In this document: positions 58,270-64,000 of the stretch, one piece after another
Numbering within the stretch: position 1 is the stretch's first letter
Layout of the letters: the number at the start of each line of letters is the position of its first letter
Translations under genes and position numbers: made by a program
Assembly: GCA_048013815.1 (NCBI GenBank)
Contig: CM106585.1
Location: 3,472,001 to 3,536,000, forward strand
Source: Setoptus koraiensis
Lineage: Eukaryota > Animalia > Arthropoda
Direction: 5' to 3'
DNA: 64,000 nucleotides
The notes under the pieces: model-generated
What the model saw: the letters and a program-made list of their open reading frames with translations, nothing else
The model's database searches: none
Told to the model about the DNA's origin: nothing

Positions 58270-59099
58270 CTAAATGAACATAACGGCGTCTTTAGACTTT
58301 GATTTATCATAAACATGATTGCGTATTTGTTGCCACACTTGGGCCTCTTTCAGCGAGGCATCAACTTTGAACAAGATTCTTCTATCCTTATAATAGTCAA
58401 CTAGAGGGGTTGTTTGTTTGTGATAAGCTTCTAGACGTTTCATCAGGGATTCGGGATTATCATCGCTTCTGCGAACAAGCGGCTCCTTTGTAATGTCGTC
58501 CTTCATAGGCTCTTTAGGAGGTGCAAATTCTTCGTGATAGGTTCTTCCAGAACTAGGGTGCATCAAACGGCCACAAATTCGTTTCACCAACAGTTTGTCT
58601 TCAACATCAAATTCGAAAACGTGATCTAATCGTGTTGATCGCTTCTCAAGTAAATTATCTAACATCTTAGCTTGCGGTAACGTTCTTGGGAAGCCATCTA
58701 ATAAAAATCCCCTAGCACAATCGGGACGGTCCAGATTAGCCTCAATGAGATCTACAACAATTTTATCATCGACCAATTTGCCCGATTCTATTGTCTTTTT
58801 AACGTTGAGGCCAAGAGGTGAAGCAGATGCTATTTCGGCCCTCAGCATATCACCCGTTGCCAATTGACAAACTTTATATTCTTTCTTGAGGTGCTGAGCC
58901 TGTGTCCCCTTACCGGCACCTATCAGTCGGTTAGAAAAAGTTGGGTTAGATATTTTCTATTGGCAGCAAGCAACATGGTTATAGTTTCAGTTATATATTC
59001 ACCTGGTGGACCCAAGAAGACAACATTTAAAGTCGAGGCCGATCGGGCATAGTTGTGTGTGGCCCGTAGTCTAGGCTCGGGTTTAGATTGAGTCGCCAT
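58270..59099 (-). CDS. ak2: Adenylate kinase 2, mitochondrial (2 exons, about 248 aa)
   Basis: Exons 59099-59003 and 58919-58270 with an 83-bp intron. The join gives the P-loop LGPPG|AGKGTQ. Also [23 protein letters not shown], and the AK2-type end ..VMFI. Confidence 0.95.
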
Positions 59100-59563
59100 G
59101 TCGACAGATAATCAATCAAAGACCAAACTATAACTTGAATAGACAAGCAGATAATTATTTCAATAATAATCTTTGTTAGATTTGCATTTAATAATAGTTT
59201 TAGTGTTAAATGTGATTTAAAATGTTAGATAAGGCGAGAAATTTATCTCCTTTTGATAAGATCAGATGAGCGTAATATACTCATGTTTGTGGACTGAACC
59301 AATCCCAGTGCAGATCTCTTTCGCGCAAACGTGAACAGATGGCGGAATTTTGCTTTTCCACGCAAACATTGACGACTCATATGATCGCATCAATGACGGT
59401 TTGTCATTTTTGTTTGTTTGTATCCTTACTAAATATGCTCATCATCATTAGTATTATTCCATCAACACAAGAAAATAATAATTAGAATTTATCTGTAATA
59501 CAATTGATTGACTCTTTAGTTATTACTAGCAATCGGTCTGAGATTGATAGCCCGACAATCAAC

Positions 59564-60169
59564 ATGACCACTCAATCCAATGTAAGTGTACCCTTAAACA
59601 AAGTGATTATGGTTGGTAATGGAGGTGTTGGTAAATCAGCGCTAACATTACAATTTATGTATGATGAATTTGTTGAAGATTATGAGCCAACTAAAGCCGA
59701 TTCCTATAGAAAAAAGATACGCCTAGATGGATCCGAGGCACAAATTGATATATTAGATACTGCCGGCCAAGAGGACTACGCCGCCATTAGAGATAATTAT
59801 TTCCGAAGCGGCGAAGGATTTCTATGTGTTTTTTCCATTGCAGAATCAGAGTCTTTGGCGTCATGTAGAGAATTTAGAGAGCAAATATTAAGAGTGAAAG
59901 ACGATGAACAAGTTCCATTTATACTCGTTGGTAACAAGGCCGATTTAGAGGATAAACGCGCCGTTAGTAGACAAACCGCAGAAGAGTTAGCTTCGCAGTG
60001 GAATGTTCCATATATTGAAACTTCAGCTAAGACGAGACACAACGTCGATGAGGCCTTCTATGAGGTGATGAGAGAGATTAGGAAGAGACGCCAAGCGGAA
60101 GCAAAGCCTGCCAATCAAAAAAAGAAACGCAAAATGTCCAAATGTTTAAAAGTGTGCTCGGTAATATGA
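59564..60169 (+). CDS. ral: Ral small GTPase, about 201 aa, intronless CDS
   Basis: [55 protein letters not shown], polybasic tail and CSVI CAAX box. Confidence 0.96.
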   Translation: MTTQSNVSVPLNKVIMVGNGGVGKSALTLQFMYDEFVEDYEPTKADSYRKKIRLDGSEAQIDILDTAGQEDYAAIRDNYFRSGEGFLCVFSIAESESLASCREFREQILRVKDDEQVPFILVGNKADLEDKRAVSRQTAEELASQWNVPYIETSAKTRHNVDEAFYEVMREIRKRRQAEAKPANQKKKRKMSKCLKVCSVI

Positions 60170-60369
60170 TGGTCACAACTATACCAGCAACAATGTAACA
60201 GTATCACTGTTATCACTCAGTTGAAACAATATAAATATATATATTGTTATATATATTATTATTATTACTACCACTACTATTGTGATTATATTAATTAAAT
60301 AATCGAGACGTTTTTAAATGAAGATTCACAACAAGTTTAATGAGTTTGTTTATATAAACTGTATCGCCA

Positions 60370-61605
60370 TCAAAGTTTCGATTGATAAATAGATTGTTGA
60401 TTGGTCGGTTTCTTATAGATGGCCACAATAGCGGCACCGCCTAGTCCGAGATTATGCTGTAAAGCAATCTTGGCGTCCTTCACCTGACGAGGACCGGCCT
60501 CGTTTCTCAATTGCCATGTGAGCTCACAACATTGAGCAATGCCGGTGGCGCCCAATGGATGACCTTTGGATATGAGGCCGCCACTAGGATTTATCACATA
60601 CTTGCCCCCGTAGGTATTATCACCAGCATCTATAAGATCTTTTGCCTTGCCCACTGGACACAGACCTAGGGCTTCGTAAGTGATTAATTCATTTATTGAA
60701 AAGCAATCGTGCAATTCTATGACATCTACGTCAGTGGGTCTAATACCGGCCTCTTGATAGGCACGTTCCGCTGCCAATTTAGTCATGTCTGATCCCACCA
60801 GATTGATGGCGTTCTTTTCAGTAAAAGTGGCCTGTCTATCGGTGCTCATTTGTATGGCTGCCACCTCAATGGCTCTGTCAAATAATTTGTGCTGCTGAAC
60901 GAAACTTTCTGAGGCCAGTATAACCGCTGCAGCTCCGTCTGATGTCGGACAACATTGTTGTAGAGTTAGCAAATCGTGAATAGTTTTACTATTTAAAATT
61001 TCCTCCAGAGAATACTCTTCTCTGCTTTGAGAATTTGGATTATTTATCGAATGCTTATGATTCTTTTGGGCAATTTTGGCAAAATGTTCCTTAGTTGTGC
61101 CATACTTTTCCATGTGTTCCCTACCTGCGGCATTAAACAATTGAGCTGTTATTGGGGCCGGTGCCAGGCCGGCTATTTCGAACAGACTGTCAATGAAGTT
61201 CTGTAGCGGAGATACGCGATCCCTCCATTTTGACATCAGGGAACCCTTTTCCATTTTCTCAAATCCCAAAGCTAGCGTGCAATCACATAAGCCACCTTCA
61301 ATCATTTTCTTAGCTAAATATAGTGCCGATGAGCCCGTGGCACAATTGTTATTTACATTCACTATGGGTATGCCTGTCATGCCCAATTGATATAGGCCCT
61401 TTTGGCCACAGGCAGAATCGCCAAACACGTAACCAACGCTGGCATGCTGAATTTTGTCGTAGGTTAAATTTGAGTCTTTGAGACATTTCTCTACAGCCTC
61501 TTTAATCATGTCGGGATAATCCAGATTCTTCACAGTGAGCGGTTTCACAAATTTTGTCATGCCCACACCAACAACAAAGACTCTTCGCTTGTTTAGATCG
61601 GCCAT
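60370..61605 (-). CDS. scp2: SCP-x-type peroxisomal 3-ketoacyl-CoA thiolase without SCP-2 domain, 411 aa, intronless
   Basis: [57 protein letters not shown]; ends in PTS1 SKL. Confidence 0.94.
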   Translation of the reverse strand: MADLNKRRVFVVGVGMTKFVKPLTVKNLDYPDMIKEAVEKCLKDSNLTYDKIQHASVGYVFGDSACGQKGLYQLGMTGIPIVNVNNNCATGSSALYLAKKMIEGGLCDCTLALGFEKMEKGSLMSKWRDRVSPLQNFIDSLFEIAGLAPAPITAQLFNAAGREHMEKYGTTKEHFAKIAQKNHKHSINNPNSQSREEYSLEEILNSKTIHDLLTLQQCCPTSDGAAAVILASESFVQQHKLFDRAIEVAAIQMSTDRQATFTEKNAINLVGSDMTKLAAERAYQEAGIRPTDVDVIELHDCFSINELITYEALGLCPVGKAKDLIDAGDNTYGGKYVINPSGGLISKGHPLGATGIAQCCELTWQLRNEAGPRQVKDAKIALQHNLGLGGAAIVAIYKKPTNQQSIYQSKL

Positions 61606-63125
61606 TGTTTTTGCTTGTGAGCGCGATTCGAAGGTTCGTTTATATTTGGTATGAGTAGTTTGAGTTTGAGTTTATTTCAGCTACGAGAATGATCAATAAA
61701 AATATTTACTCTCGTTTGGCGGGGCTTCGTGTCACAAGTGTAAGTTGGGCGATGAATTGAGAGCCACGATGATGCTATATTGTTGTTCTGTTGTTGACAA
61801 AAATTGTTTGGAATGATTTTGTTGGAACATTCATGGGAGTTGGGGGTGTAAACATGTATGCACGAAGTTAATTATTTATTCCATTAAGTCAGATGTTTGT
61901 TTTTGGCAAAACTATTCTCTCTGAACAATTCGCAGGCTTGCACTAATGAGGATTGGAGTTAGTTGTTGTTTCACTTTTGTTAGTTATGGTGGTTATAGTT
62001 GCTAATGATAGTTATAGCAGTAGTGTATCATATTATTAGGACATTAGGCGTTTGTTTATGTTTCGATTGTGTTCAGATAAACTGATCGTGAAACTTGGTT
62101 ACATGGCATTAGGAATAAACGCTGCCTCAATGTGTTTTCTAGCAACAAGTTGCCACTCTCTATCTCTCTGTTTCTAGTCAGGGATGCCCCATCAAGCTAA
62201 CATGGCGCAGATGTGTCGCAACTAGATAAAAGTCGTAATCGCATTTTCATCTCTGATTGCACTTCTATTGACTAGTTGTGTGTGATAACTGAGCTAGAGG
62301 AAACAACAAACATATAACGACTTGATTGGAAAAGTTGCACACTGTTCAACGCGCATCTCAACTCTCTTTTTGCCTCCTCTGTCTCTCTGTCTCTCTCCTT
62401 CAGTCTTTATCTGTCTAAATGGTTATTTACGGTCGGCAACGCTCAACTTGCTCGCTAGAGATGGAAGACGCCGACGTGTGTTGCTTTCTTGCCTTCGGTT
62501 TTTCATTTGTATGTCGTTGTCTGAATTTTACAGTCGGATGCTTGCTCGGAGACGCGATTATTATGTGAACTTTGCAACAGATTCTTCATTATTATTATTC
62601 AATACTTACATTACGTGATATTTACTGTGCTAATGTTTGTGGTGATAGCCGGCAAGTGGATGAAACGTAAATGAGCAATCACTGCTGAAATCGCTACCAC
62701 TTTGCATATCTGGCTGCACCGGGTGGGCAGGTATACTAAGGCAGTTGTAATGACTTACGCTCTAATTAGAACATGCCAGCTTCTGGCAGCTAAGCTTTCT
62801 TTTATTGGAGCCATCTCAACCATGAGAGAATGAGCTAGACAAGAGCGCCAGAAATAAAGGGAGCGAGGGAGTTCTCTGTCTCGCTGTCTGTCTTGTGTCT
62901 CATACTCACTCACTGACTATTCGAACGCAAAAGACAACAGGTGAAAAACAAGTTGTGTTTGTGCATGTGTAGTGGCAATATTGACAGTATCAGCCGATGG
63001 ATGTATCTCACCAACATAGGCTTCACTTACACTTCACCTGTGCTACACCGGCTCGACTTGTGAGCCAAAAAGGGATATACGCATGAGTATTCGTGGTGTC
63101 GTAGTCCATACTACAGCAGTATAAT

Positions 63126-63200
63126 ACAACAGCAACAGCAGCAGCAGCAACAACAACAACAACAACAGCAACAACAACAACAACAACTAGTGTAATAACA
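63126..63200. repeat. (CAG/CAA)n trinucleotide microsatellite
   Basis: Direct reading. Confidence 0.85.
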
Positions 63201-64000
63201 ACGACGAGATATGGAGCCATCTTTTGGCTCCGTTTTGAGCCTCTTATTTAAAAGCTCAACAGGTTGTAACAGGTTGTAGCGAGTGAGTTACACTTTGCAA
63301 AGAGAGAGAGAGAGAGACTCACCCTACTAACTCAACACTAATAACACCGCACTGAATCATTTGAACTGAAATTACTTTTGTAGCCAATGCAACAGCCAAT
63401 TGAGCAGCGAAAAAAGTAAAAATAGTTGCTGTTGTTAGTCATTAGCTCGACAGCAACCACTGGCGCTGTCGGCACAAGCCGCGCCAAGGCAAGCTTACCA
63501 GAGCACAACCTACAGCCAGCAAAATATAAATAACTGGTTGTTGTATAGGGCCGCACTCTCCCTACCGGCTAATATTAGGGTATCCATTATTTATTAGTTG
63601 CAGTTACTTGCCAGTAGTTGCAATGATTGAAGGGCCAAGCCAGCAACAGCATGGACTTATTTATTTAACTTATGCTGCTGCTATTTGACGGCTCTCTCAA
63701 AACTGTTACTTTCTTAATTTAATAGTATCGAGCTAGCAAAGAACAGAGAAAAGTATTCTCTTGTAGTAAATTCAAAATTGTTACAATCCCTTTGAAAAGC
63801 TTTTGCTATCAATACCGTATTGTTACATAAGACAGAGATTTGTATTGAGTGAAACCAATAAATCAAGGCAATCCACTATTAGCAGTGATTGAGTCAGGCC
63901 ATCGCTAATACTTGCGCACAATGCACTTGCATTTGTTGTCGACGACGATGATATCTGCTGGCACACTTATACTTTTGCTATATGTTTAGATATACTTCAA

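Noticed and set aside
63023-63220. Minus-strand ORF with a hydrophobic poly-Val N-terminus and a GTAAGT near its end
   Set aside because: The hydrophobic segment is a (GTT/GCT)n microsatellite and no downstream exon could be linked.

Overview
Eukaryotic (animal) genomic DNA. The gene set and compact, intron-poor structure suggest an arthropod, most plausibly a small-genome mite; this is inference, not verified. About 1-14.9 kb has no recognisable gene and is packed with microsatellites, GGGCCC-type palindromes and many short 9-14 bp tandem arrays. It ends at two identical 5S rRNA genes placed head-to-head (15094-15213 minus, 15324-15443 plus). A gene-dense region follows: cathepsin A-like S10 carboxypeptidase (-), TRIM-NHL nhl-1/thin (+), USP2-like deubiquitinase (+), Vav-like GEF (+), an orphan secreted low-complexity protein (+), a small spliced orphan with an apparently decayed WD40-like gene upstream (-), then SNAPC4 (-), a Thickveins-like type I TGF-beta/BMP receptor (+), SLC35A transporter (-), mRpL21 (-), ZPR1 (+), Rab6 (-), SDF2 (+), AK2 (-), Ral (+) and SCP-x thiolase (-). 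Exon models were built by hand from GT-AG sites and checked for phase. Main leads: (1) the inverted 5S pair with conserved upstream blocks at a compositional boundary; (2) a GC-rich, nested-foldable ~190-nt element between SNAPC4 and the receptor; (3) a receptor with a degenerate GS box and L45 loop whose stop codon overlaps the stop of the antisense SLC35A gene; (4) a Vav lacking its CH and C-terminal SH3 domains; (5) a USP2-like enzyme ending in SKL. No transposase, tRNA or CRISPR array was recognised. Family assignments come from recalled motifs, not database searches.
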